Assembly: GCA_012295275.1 (NCBI GenBank)
Contig: CM022677.1
Span: forward strand, 26,970,001-27,034,000
DNA from: Chrysomallon squamiferum
Lineage: Eukaryota > Animalia > Mollusca
Direction of reading: 5' to 3'
DNA: 64,000 nt
Made by a program: the position numbers and the translations under genes. The notes below the pieces were generated by a model. That model worked only from the letters and a program-made list of their open reading frames with translations, did no database searches and was not told the DNA's origin. Of this stretch, positions 15,346 to 28,808 are shown in pieces (positions within the stretch are counted from its first letter, which is position 1; each line of letters begins with the position of its first letter).

Positions 15346-17640
15346 GTAACAGTAATAATAATAGTAACAGTAATAATGATAATAACAGTAATAGTGATAA
15401 TATTTTAAAAATACTAATACTAATACCAATTATAATAAAAGTAACAAAATGATAATAATGATAAATATATATAAAAGTAACACAGACAAAATATATATAT
15501 GGATATACAAAAATCTGTTAATTTCCAGTGGATGGTTCTTGGAATTCGTGGATTGAAGTAAATGTTGGACAGTGCAGTGTTACCTGTGATGCTGGAAAAC
15601 AACGTGTATTTTACATCAGGACGTGTACTAACCCAAGGCCGCAGTACAATGGAAAAACCTGTAAAGGAAGTCCGAGGAAGTTTGAAGAGAAATCATGTGA
15701 CACTAAACGGAGATGTGCAGGTAATTTGTCATTTACAATAACTGAGTGTGTGTGTGCATGTAGGTTACATGTGTGTGTGTGTGTGTGTGAGTGTGCAGGT
15801 GCATTGTGTGTGTGTGTGTGTGTGTGTGTTCTGCAGTAGTTCTTGTTGTTAGTGTTGTTGTTCTTGTGTGTAGTTGTATGTATCTGCCCGTGGATTAATA
15901 TGTCTTTATGTTGACTGTGTGTATAGATGTTAAGTCCGTGCATGTATAGATGTATATGTATGTATATGTGAATGTGAGTGCTTATGTATGTTTTTTAAGT
16001 GCCTGTGTATTTAAATGTATTTTATATGGCTTTCTTAATTGTTTATTTCCACACACACACACAAATATATATATATATATATATTCAGTATACTCTGTGA
16101 ACACAGACCTTTTGCTAATCTGGATTTCTGTGTAAACTGGTGTGCAGGAATATTTAACCCCCAGAGGAACAAATATTTGTTCTTACCCATGAACATTTGG
16201 CGAATATTAATTTCCTGTTCTTTAAGTTATAGTATTAAAGTGAAATTTTCAGACTTGGATACATTTTTTTAAAATTTATTTTCCTCAGTGGTTTCACATC
16301 AGTATACTAACTACTCGCTATTTTGATAAATGGAAATAAGAATTAGAAAAATAAAGTCATAAGCAGCAGAAACAGATTATCCAGGCCTGAGTAACTTTCC
16401 TCCTTTAAACTAATAACAACAATGCATATTCAGTAGAATAATAAATGTTTATTACAGGTATGTGTACAGGGTGAGAATGTATGTGATAATTAAGAGACAA
16501 AGTTTTATTCAGTGATTGCTGGTTGCACTGGTTGCACAAGGAAAGTTAGTACCTGCTGTTTACTGCTAAAGTCTCAAATATGGTGACACACTTAAGTCTT
16601 TGGTAAAACCAACATCAACACATGTCCAGGAATATTCATTAATTTGATATTTTTGTCTCCAAAATCCAACCCTCCTAGTAGGGCTAGGTGTCTGTGACTC
16701 CCATCCTCTCAACATTTGCCACCAGTTGCTGACCTGCTCTTCAGGCTATTTAACATCACTTATATTTCCTGGATTCACACTGAGTTTACAAGACTCAGGT
16801 TTATGATAATGTATTTGTCACCTCCATGCAATATTTGTTTAAAAAGAAACAGAAAAAAAACAATTAATGAAAAGATAAAGATACAGGTGTTAGTTCTTTT
16901 GGTGGCATCTTGGCTAATTTGTTGTTTTGTTGACATTTTTCACAATGTAAAAAACAGTCCTTACAATCATCACTCATATCTTTCAGAAGAAATAGTTCCT
17001 TAGCTTCTGCCACATCTTCTCTCAAGCAAAAATGTCCTGCTGGTAACGCATCATCATGGACAGATTTCTGGAACACTTAGACCACTTACATCGGGCTAGC
17101 ATTAATGTAATAACAATAATGTATGTGTCTGTTTTTACTGAATAGCACTGTTCTTTTCTGATTTGTTGAGTAATCCTCAGGGTATTTTCTTTCAGTCACA
17201 AAGGCCAGGAGCTTCTTCATCTGCATCATCATAACCACTGTGTGTATCTGAATGAAGGGTCTTGTCAAAGAATTTATTTTGAAACTTCAAAAAGTGATTC
17301 TGGTCTTGACATTTTGACAAAATATCAGAAACTGTATTATTGTAGCACTTTAATTAAAAGACCAGGACACATGTTTGAAATTGATTATCAGTGATCAGGA
17401 TCAATTTTCAAGATGGGAGTACCCATACAAATGCATCCCTCAGTTATTTATCCACCTGTCTACAGTTTTAAATGTGTTTTAGTGAATCTCTTTCTGCAGT
17501 GGTATATAGTCATTTTCTATAGACACACACTGTATACAGTACATATATACATGTTTTTTGTTGTTTTCCAGTGGATGGTGGATGGGGTAACTGGGTTAAA
17601 ACTAGCCAGGGAACATGCAGTGTCACTTGTAAGAGTGGAA

Positions 17641-17679
<39 letters not shown>

Positions 17680-20600
17680 GTTTGTTTGTTGTTTTCCAGT
17701 GGATGGTGGATGGGGTAACTGGATTAAAACTAGCCAGGGAACATGCAGTGTCACTTGTAAGAGTGGAAAACATGTTTGTTTGTTGTTTTTCATTTTGGGG
17801 TAAATTAAAACGATCATGTACATTTTAAACGATCATGTGATAATCCAAAACCAGAAAATAATGGAAATCCATGTCCTGGAAGAAATTCAAAGACCCTTGA
17901 AGAAATCTGCCATACACATGTGACTTGTCCTGGTAAAATATCACACCTTAGTGACTTGTTTTGTTATTAATTCATGTGTTTTCACAGACACTTTATGTTT
18001 TTTCTAACAGTCTCTCTGTCTAGGCATGCACACACACACACACACACAGAATCAACATATTGTACTAATCTTCAGCTAACTTTTAACACTTTTCTTAAAA
18101 TGTTATCACTTGGAAGTTGAAAGTATCATGCATTTTTGCATCCATTTTGTCCAACAATCAGGTAAATAAATGTTGTGATCAGACACAGACTTTCATTATT
18201 TACATCAATTATATTTATTAATAAATCACTTTTTTCTTTTAATTTCTATTCTACATTTATTAGTATAGTGTCATAGATACAAAGGACTAAATTAAGATAT
18301 CACAAACAAAATAATGTCAAAAATAATTCTTCTGACTTTTCCACTTTCCACACTTTCAAACACAAAGAAACTGGTGTAAAAATCATTAAAAGGTTCACTG
18401 GAAATTTTTGATGACAATTAACACAAATTTCCTTCTGTGGCCATTCAGTAATTGATAGATACTCTATCAGCAAACAAGTACTGTGGAGACATGGTCATGC
18501 CTCTGGGATAAATGATTGCAATTAACCAATCTGCTAATGGCACTTGAGATTCAGACTTTATATATATCCCACCCATATCTCTTTATAGTCCTTAATTTTA
18601 CCCTTGTGTGTATTTTGAACAATTATTCACTCATTTATTTGATTTGATTGACTGATTTGATTTGTTTCTAGTTGATGGTGGTTGGAGTAGCTGGACTGCT
18701 AAGAGTTCTGAGAGGTGCAGTGTTAGCTGTGGAGTAGGAAAACGAGTTGTTCATTACACTCGCAGCTGCAGCAAACCAGAGCCCAGACATAAAGGAAAAC
18801 AGTGCAAAGGAAGACTCAAAGTGTCTTTGGTGAAGACTTGTGATATGCATAAGAGCTGTCCTAGTAAGCTATTAGAAGGAGTTTTCAATAGATTTAAAGT
18901 AAGTTTTTGTCTTGTTCAGGATACAGAGACAAACCCTTCAATACAGAAATGTACAGGTGAACTAAAAGCCCCATGAAAAAACAAGGTGAGCCAAAAGTAA
19001 ATTAAAATCAAAGAAGTACTATCACACCTCACTCAAAAAATATATTCTATCATTGTTTAATATTTTTGCTGACACATAATTATCAAAATATGGAATTTAT
19101 GTAATTAGTTATTCAGTCAAGCTTTAATTACTACTTTAAACATAATCTAAATAATAAGCACACAAGTGACATTACATTAGAAAATGTGAAATGATTTTGT
19201 CATGAAGTCATAGTATCCAATAATGTCTGAAGTTTTTATCCACTTTTGATATTATGTTTGGAAATTATATTCCATTTTAAAAATATCAAAATCCCAAAAT
19301 ATCATTATCTCATTATTAGCACAGGTATTTCACAGTAATTACTTACATTGTTTAAACAAACACATATAAGTATGCTATTATTATGCTGATTCATGATTAT
19401 GTATTCATTTTGCATTATTATGTTTAGTTAATGGTAGTTGGTCTTCTTGGTCAGAAGATAATGTTGAAAAATGCAGTGTCACTTGTGGTATTGGATTACA
19501 AGTGGCATCCTTCTCTAGGACTTGTGATAATCCAGCACCGAAACACAATGGACAACCATGTAAAGGAAAATCTGAGAAAGTCTCAAAAGAGCCATGCCAC
19601 ACATTCACACACTGTCCAGGTAATCTTCATAATTACTGTTATACAGGTAATTTTCATAATTACTGTTATACAGGTAATCTTCACAATTACTGTTATATAG
19701 GTAATTTTCATGATTACTGTTATACAGGTAATTTTCATAATTACTGTTATACAGGTAATCTTCACAATTACTGTTATATAGGTAATTTTCATGATTACTG
19801 TTATACAGGTAATCTTCATAATTACTGTTATACAGGAAGAATGTAAGAGATATTTATCAGATCTATACAGTACATTCACACACTGACCAGGCAATCTTCA
19901 TAATTACTGTTATACAGGCAATCTTCATAATTACTGTTATACAGGCAATCTTCATAATTACTGTTATACAGGCAATCTTCATAATTACTGTATGCAGCAT
20001 CATACTTAATATATAGATTAATATGTATATCATTAGAGTAAAAAATGTTGGACGTGTTTGACAAAAATAAATAAGAAAGAAGGAGAAAACAGAAAAAAAT
20101 ATCAATTAATCTAAATTGTTATTTGTTATATATTAATAATAATGTTAAATATAATTTGAAACAACAACAACAACAACCATGAATTGTCTAAAATAATACT
20201 TTATACCTATTTTTATTTCATTATGTTTGACATGTTATCAGAGTCAATGAAAAACAATTTTTAATAACTGTTTCCTAAAGAGGAAATGTTTTAAAACAAT
20301 TCAGTATTGTAGAAATAAAAACAGTAATAAAAAAATTATAAAAATGAAACAGTAATAATTATAATTTATTATATTTTTGTAGTCAATAGTGGATAAATTG
20401 CAGTTCAGTTATATATATATATAGTTCTATCAATCTATCTATCTATATATATATAGATGTATATATCTATCTATCTATCTATCTCTGTCTATATATGTAT
20501 ATATCTATCTATCTGTCTATCTATATATATAGATGTATATATCTATCTATCTATATATAGATGTATATTTATAAATATTTGTAGTCCATGGAGGCTGGAG

Positions 20601-22643
20601 TTCCTGGTTGAAAGAGAGACAGAAAGTGTGCAGTGTCACCTGTGGCTTTGGAAAGCGTATTGAGCACTATGAGCGATACTGTACTGATCCGAAACCCAGT
20701 CATAAAGGAAAACCATGTGAGGGGCAAACAAAACTCACTTTGGAGGTTGTCTGTAGTGCAGAAAAACACTGCCCAGGTCAGATAAGTTATTCAATAAATT
20801 CATTTGTTTTCAAATAAATTAATAAATATTAATAAATAAAACATACATTTTAATTGTTTTTAAATTAATAAATATTAATAGTTTTAAGAAAATAAATATT
20901 AATTGTTTTTGAAAACAATTTTTAATTAGTTTTAAATTAATAAGTAAACTCTGTCTTGTAGATGTCTCATTTTATCTATCTTAGAATTTATTAATATTGA
21001 TTTAAAACAGACGTTTCAAATAAGAATTCATTTTGTTTAGAATTTAGACTAACACTACATTTACTGATCATTTAAGCATCTTATCATCTATTGAAAGTAG
21101 TTTAACACAAATTCAGTGCTGAAAATAATCTTTTATCTCACTATTATATTTTCTTTTTTTACTTTATCTTTTTAGGTTCTTGGTTAATATAAACACAACA
21201 TTTTCTTTGACATTATCAACAGCTTATCATCACAAGACGTATTTAAAGTATATATTTAAGCTACATCATTAAAAATGTTTATTTATTTATTTGTAGTTAA
21301 CGGAGGTTGGAGTCATTGGTCACGGGTAAGAGAAGAGTCATGCAGTTTTACGTGTGGTTCTGGGACAAAAAAAGTGAAATACTGGAGAAGGTGCATCAAT
21401 CCCAGACCACAGTTCAATGGAAATCCATGTCGAGGTTCATGGGAAAAGTCTGAAGTAAACAACTGCAAAGAAGAAATAATCTGCCCAGGTATGAAGCATA
21501 ATTGAAAAAACACAAAAACATTATTACACTGACATGCCAGTTAAAACACAGTATACCAAAAACAGGATAAGAAACAGTATCATATCAACAGTCAGTTAAA
21601 AACACAATATTATATCAGTGCTTAGTTAAAAAACATTAACAAATGAAAAAAACCAAAACAATATTGGATCAATGGCTAGTTTAAGAAATAATGTATCAGT
21701 AAAAGGTTCAAAAGCAGTTTTATATCAACACAATATTTTATGATCAAATTAAAAAAATGTACATAAAGGAATTAAAAAAATATATTATATTAAAAAAATT
21801 CCAGTTATATAAAACTATTAAGTCAACAAAATGTTAAAAACCAGTATTATATCAAGACAAATTTAAAAAAATGTGTATTTTAGAAAAAAATAATATAAAC
21901 AACAACTCAAAATAAAAAAATCTTATACAACAACAAGTTGGAAAACAATATATCAACAATAAGAAAAAACAAGTTGAGAACTTTCTTTTATGAACAAGAA
22001 CTTAAAGAAATGAATCTATGCTTTTCACTGGAACAGATTAAGTGCAACAGGTTCTTTTACAGACACTAAGTTAGCCAACTGACTGTCCTTTCTCAGCTGT
22101 AGCTAAAGAGAGATCAGTGAACTGCTATTACAGTTAAAAAACATCAACTAACAATACCAAACACTGAACTGAGAAAAACTCTCTTCACTTTATGCTAATA
22201 ATTATAATGAACATTTAGAAAATAAAAATATTCAGAGAAAAACAACATCCCTTAAATAAAGGAACTGGCCAAAAAGTCCTAGTTTGAAAAATCCTAGACC
22301 AAAACATTTGTTCATCATCGTCATAAAATTATAAAGTATTTAAAATATAAATAATGTAAATTATATAAAAGTACAAGATTGTTTTTCAGTAAGATTTATT
22401 TAAATCTAAAATAAAAAGAATTCCTTGAAGCAGTTCCAGGGTTTACTGAAACACTGCACATGTATTAACTATTCATATTCAGTGCTTATATAGGACATTA
22501 CATAATACATGATACTTTATTTCTGTTCACTTAAATAGTATTTAATTCATTTATTAATTAATTCGTTATTTATTTATTTATTTATTATTATTATTATTAT
22601 TTAAATTATTGTTTATTATTCATGTATTCATTCATTCAGATAT

Positions 22644-22677
<34 letters not shown>

Positions 22678-22735
22678 GTTTATGTTTCTTCTTTTTATTA
22701 TTATTTTTGTTGATATAATTGTTGTTGTTATTATT

Positions 22736-22775
<40 letters not shown>

Positions 22776-24468
22776 TTAATTCATTACATTATTTATTTAA
22801 TTATTTTCTTCTTCCTTTTATTATTAGTATTTTTGATATTATTAGTGTTGTTGTTATTATTATTTATTATTATGAGTGGCTGAAGTAGTAAATGGAATCT
22901 TGGGTTCATGGACTTTTCTTTATTTATTTATTAATTTATAATCATTATTGTTATTAGTAAATGGAATATTGGGTTCATGGACTTTTCATTCTTTCTTTAT
23001 TTATTAATTTATAATCATTATTGTTATAGTAAATGAAATCTTGGGTTCATGAACTTTTATTTATTTATTTTATTTATTAATTGATAATCATTATTGTTAT
23101 TAGTAAATGGAGGGTGGGGTCGCTGGACGGTTGGAAGAAAGACTCTGTGTAGTGTAACTTGTGGGGTTGGAAAACTTATGGCAGTTTATGGTCGGTTTTG
23201 TGATCAACCCAAACCCAGGAACAATGGAAAGATGTGTGTTGGAGATACCAGGAAATCCATGACAGAGAAATGCTTTACACACAGAGGTTGTCCAGGTAAA
23301 GAAAATTAATGCTAAAAGTTGTAATAATAATGATGATGATGATGAAAATAATAATAACAATCACATAATTGTGATTATGATAATAATTACTACCATGATT
23401 ATGATATAAGAAAAGTAGTGCAATGATTATAAATAATATTAGTGAGTGCAGACTGAAAGATATAAGTATTATATATATTTTTTATATCAGTATTATAAAT
23501 AATATGAGTTAGTGCAGACTGAAAGATAAAAGTATTATATATATTTTTTATATCAGTATTATAAATAAAAGTTTCATATATATTTTTTATATCAGTATTA
23601 TAAATAATATGAGTTAGTGCAGACTGAAAGATAAAAGTATCATATATATTTTTTATATCAGTATTATAAATAATATGAATGAGTGCATTATGAAAGATAA
23701 AAGTATCATATATATTTTTATGTCAATAGTATAAATAATATGAGTGAGTGCATTATGAAAGATAAAAGTAATATATATATTTTTTTTTATATTATAAATA
23801 ATATGAGTGAGTGCAGAATGAAAGATAAGAGTAATATCATTTTTTTTTTAGATCAATATTATTTTGAATATACTGGAGAATTGCTAAAATAATGCCATAA
23901 AAGATAATATTGAAAAGATTAAAAAACAGTGTTATATGTTCTTATCAAAGTAATTTCAAAGTAAATTATAATTAACAAATTTGATCATTTTGATGCTGTG
24001 TGTAAAAAAGAATGAAAGATATTTGTAATATTTAGTCATTCTGATATTGGAACATCAGACACTGTGATTTTCAAACTTTAACTTTCAAGAGAGATGACAC
24101 CCATATGTACATTCCTTACATTTTCAGTATAATTTAACATTTTCTTCTTTCACCATTTTACTGCTCTGCCAAAACAATAAATAATTCTAAAAATCAAAAT
24201 AAAGAAAATAAACCAATACATAATGTGATTTAAACAGGAAAGTTATTACTAGGATTATTAGAATTTACAATAATAATAACAACAAAAGCAATAATAATAA
24301 AATAATGATGATCATGATATTTATTTATGTATTTATTTATCTATTTATTTAGTATTAATGTTATTATTTTTATATAATACTTCTTTTAAATTATTAAAAT
24401 TATTAGTTATTTATCAATTATTAATTATTATTAATTCCTTTTATGACTTTCACATTATTTATTTATTT

Positions 24469-24508
<40 letters not shown>

Positions 24509-25701
24509 TAAATCCTATCATTATTTTTACTGACATCATTATTATATGTATGTATTTAATAACAATAACAATAAATACTATTATTATTATTATTATTATT
24601 AATTCCATTATTATTTTTACACTTATTGTTGTTTCTTTACTTCTATTATCAGTTTTCAATTTGCAATCAGGCTTTTTGAATTTGTTTGAAAAACTTGTTT
24701 CATTTGTTATTCTCAGTTGATGGAGGTTGGGGTATATGGCGACCACTGAAATCAGGCAGATGTTCTGTCACATGTGGCATAGGAGGTCAATTCATGTACC
24801 ACTTTCGACTCTGTGATGATCCATTACGAGCTTACAATGGAAAGAAATGCAGAGGAAGACCAAGAAAACACACTACAAAGTCATGCCACACTCGCACTGT
24901 GTGTCCTGGTAACAGTCTATTTCTCTTTTGATCATCTAGTATATGAAAACAAAGAAAATGAGCAGATGTTGCTAATCATTAAAATATTAATAATGATGAG
25001 AATTCTCATAATGTTCCCTGAGACAGCCAGAAAACTTGCAAATAAGATTAAAGACTCAAAAATAACTGTAATAATAATATTAATAATAAATATTGAATAA
25101 TTTTAAAACAAGTTAGATATTTGATGTATATTTATGTTATTGACTTTTTTATTGTTATTCATTTTTTAACATTTATATTGTTTGTTCTTTAATCTTTAAA
25201 AGTTTGAAGAAAAGGTGTGTGTATGTGTAAATATATATCTATTATATTTACTTATTTATTGATGTACCTATATGTACAATCATATCCCACACTACATCAT
25301 TAAATTGTTCCAAAAGATGTGAGAGAAATGAAGCATATTACCCTAAAAATAATGTACAAATGTATGCATGTGTGTTTCTATATCTACATTCTGTACCGGG
25401 TAGTTATATATACACTGTGTAAAAGTATGTATGTATGTATGTCTGTATGTAGGTGTATTTTTTCAGTTAATGGTAGATGGAGTCCTTGGCAGAGAACAAA
25501 TGTTGGAGATTGCTCTGTAACATGTGGAGATGGGATAAACAAAATATCATTTAAGCGTTACTGTGACAGTCCCAAACCAAAACATTGGGGAAAACCCTGT
25601 CCTGGACAAAAGGTCAAGGAAATTTTGGAGCTCTGTACTCTAACTGAGCATTGTCCAAGTAAGAATTTATTTATTTAATTTAGATCATTTGTCATACATG
25701 T

Positions 25702-25736
<35 letters not shown>

Positions 25737-28724
25737 ACATACACCCACACCCACACACACATACCCACACACTCAGTCACACAAACATATTTCACACACA
25801 CATACCCACACACTCAGACACACAAACATATTTCACACACACACACATACCCACACACTCAGACACACAAACATATTTCACACACACACATATCCACCAC
25901 AGACACACAAACATATTTCTCACACACATACACCCACACCCACACACACATACCCACACACTCAGACACACAAACATATTTCACACACACACACATACCC
26001 ACACACTCAGACACACAAACATATTTCACACACACATATCCACACACTCAGACACACAAACATATTTCACACACACATACACCCACACCCACACACACAC
26101 ATACCCACACACTCAGACACACAAACATATTTCACACACACACACATACCCACACACACTCAGACACAAAACATATTTCACACACACACACATACCCACA
26201 CACTCAGACACACAAACATATTTCACACACACACACATACCCACACACTCAGACACACAAACATATTTCACACACACATACACCCACACCCACACACACA
26301 TACCCACACACTCAGACACACAAACATATTTCACACACACATATCCACACACTCAGACACACAAACATATTTCACACACACACATACACCCACACCCACA
26401 CACACACACACATACCCACACACTCAGACACACAAACATATTTCACACACACACACATACCCACACACACACAAACATATTTCACACACACATATCCACA
26501 CACTCAGACACACAAAAACATATTTCACACACACATATCACCCACACCCCCCACACACACACACACAAACATATTTCACACACACACACATACCCACACA
26601 CTCAGACACACAAACATATTTCACACACACATACACCCACACCCACACACACATACCCACACACTCAGACACACAAACATATTTTCACACACATACACCC
26701 ACACCCACACACACATACCCACACACTCAGACACACAAACATATTTCACATACACATATCCACACACTCAGACACACAAACATATTTCACACACACATAC
26801 ACCCACACCCCCACACACACACACACAACAAACATACACATACACACCCACACACACAGACACACAAACATATTTCACACACACACATACACCCACACCC
26901 ACACACACATACCCACACACTCAGACACACAAACATATTTCACATACACATATCCACACACTCAGACACACAAACATATTTCACACACACATACACCCAC
27001 ACCCCCCACACACACACACAAACATATTTCACACACACACACATACCCACACACTCAGACACACAAACATATTTCACACACACATACACCCACACCCACA
27101 CACACATACCCACACACTCAGACACACAAACATATTTCACACACACATACCCACACACTCAGACACACAAACATATTTCACACACACACACCCACCCCCA
27201 CACACACACACACACACACAAACATATTTCACACACACACACATACCCACACTCTCAGACACACAAACATATTTCACACACACACACCCACACCCACACA
27301 CACATACCCACACACTCAGACACACAAACATATTTCACATACACATATCCACACACTCAGACACACAAACATATTTCACACACACATACACCCACACCCA
27401 CACACACACACACATACCCACACACTCAGACACACAAACATATTTCACACACACACACATACCCACACACTCAGACACACAAACATATTTCACACACACA
27501 TATCCACACACTCAGACACACAAACATATTTCACACACACATACACCCACACCCCCCCACACACACACACAAAAACATATTTCACACACACACACATACC
27601 CACACACTCAGACACACAAACATATTTCACACACACATACACCCACACACTCACACACACATACCCACACCCTCAGACACACAAACATATTTCACAAACA
27701 CAGAAAATATCAGTATCTGATACTGTATATTTGTGTTTGTGTTCAAATTTGTTTTTATATGTGTGTTACTGATTTGTTTGTTTTTCTCTTTTCACTTGTA
27801 TTGATATCAATGATTTCAGTTGATGGTGGCTGGAGTGAATGGGTTCTACAGGAACAAGCTACAGTTTGCAGTGTCACATGTGGTTCTGGTGGGACGAAAA
27901 CGAAGCATTTTGTAAGAGATTGTAATGATCCTAAACCAAAGTACAATGGCAAACACTGTAAAGGGAAAGATGTATTGCTTCTTTATCAAGAATGTAACGA
28001 GGTAGTTCCATGTCCAGGTAGACACATCATTAACTTGTCTCTGTGTGTGTGTCTTTGTGTGTCTCTGTGTGTGTGTGTGTGTGTGGAGTTTCAAAAAAAG
28101 ACTATAAACAAATACTTAAAATATATAAAATTTGAAACAAAAACAGAGACATATTCTAAACTATCAAAAGTAAGTTGTTTTTATATGAATATTTTCCTTA
28201 GGACTACTTCAGCAGGACTGGATAAATAATTGTGTAATAAATATGCACTCACTTTACTATCACTGTCAGAAACCTCAGGAAAAAGAGAAAGAATGAAATT
28301 GTTTTCAAAGAATTTAACTCAACAACAAAAGGAAAAATGTTTGTTAAAACACTGTGATTAAAATATCATCATATATAAATGTTTAATTTCTGTTGTTGCT
28401 TTTGTGAGTGTTGTTGTTTGGATCGTTTCTGTTCAGTGAATGGTAACTGGGGACGGTGGAGAAAGACTGCAAGAAAAAGCAAATGTGACCACACATGTGG
28501 CACTGGGACACTAAACAGGCTTCACAAACGTGCATGTGACAGCCCGTCACCATCACATGGAGGAAAAACCTGTCCAGGATCAGACACAAAGACTATGATA
28601 GAAGACTGTGACAATTTTCATAACTGTCCAAGTTAGTTTTATAACTGTCATACAGAGTGGTTAACTCATTGTGTGTGCTTTCATGAGTGTGAGTATGTGT
28701 GTGTGTTTAATATAAATACATATA

Positions 28725-28808
<84 letters not shown>

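Noticed and set aside
25689-28229. 846-aa His/Thr-rich ORF
   Set aside because: Translation of a CA-rich minisatellite; only 27820-28017 is a real exon
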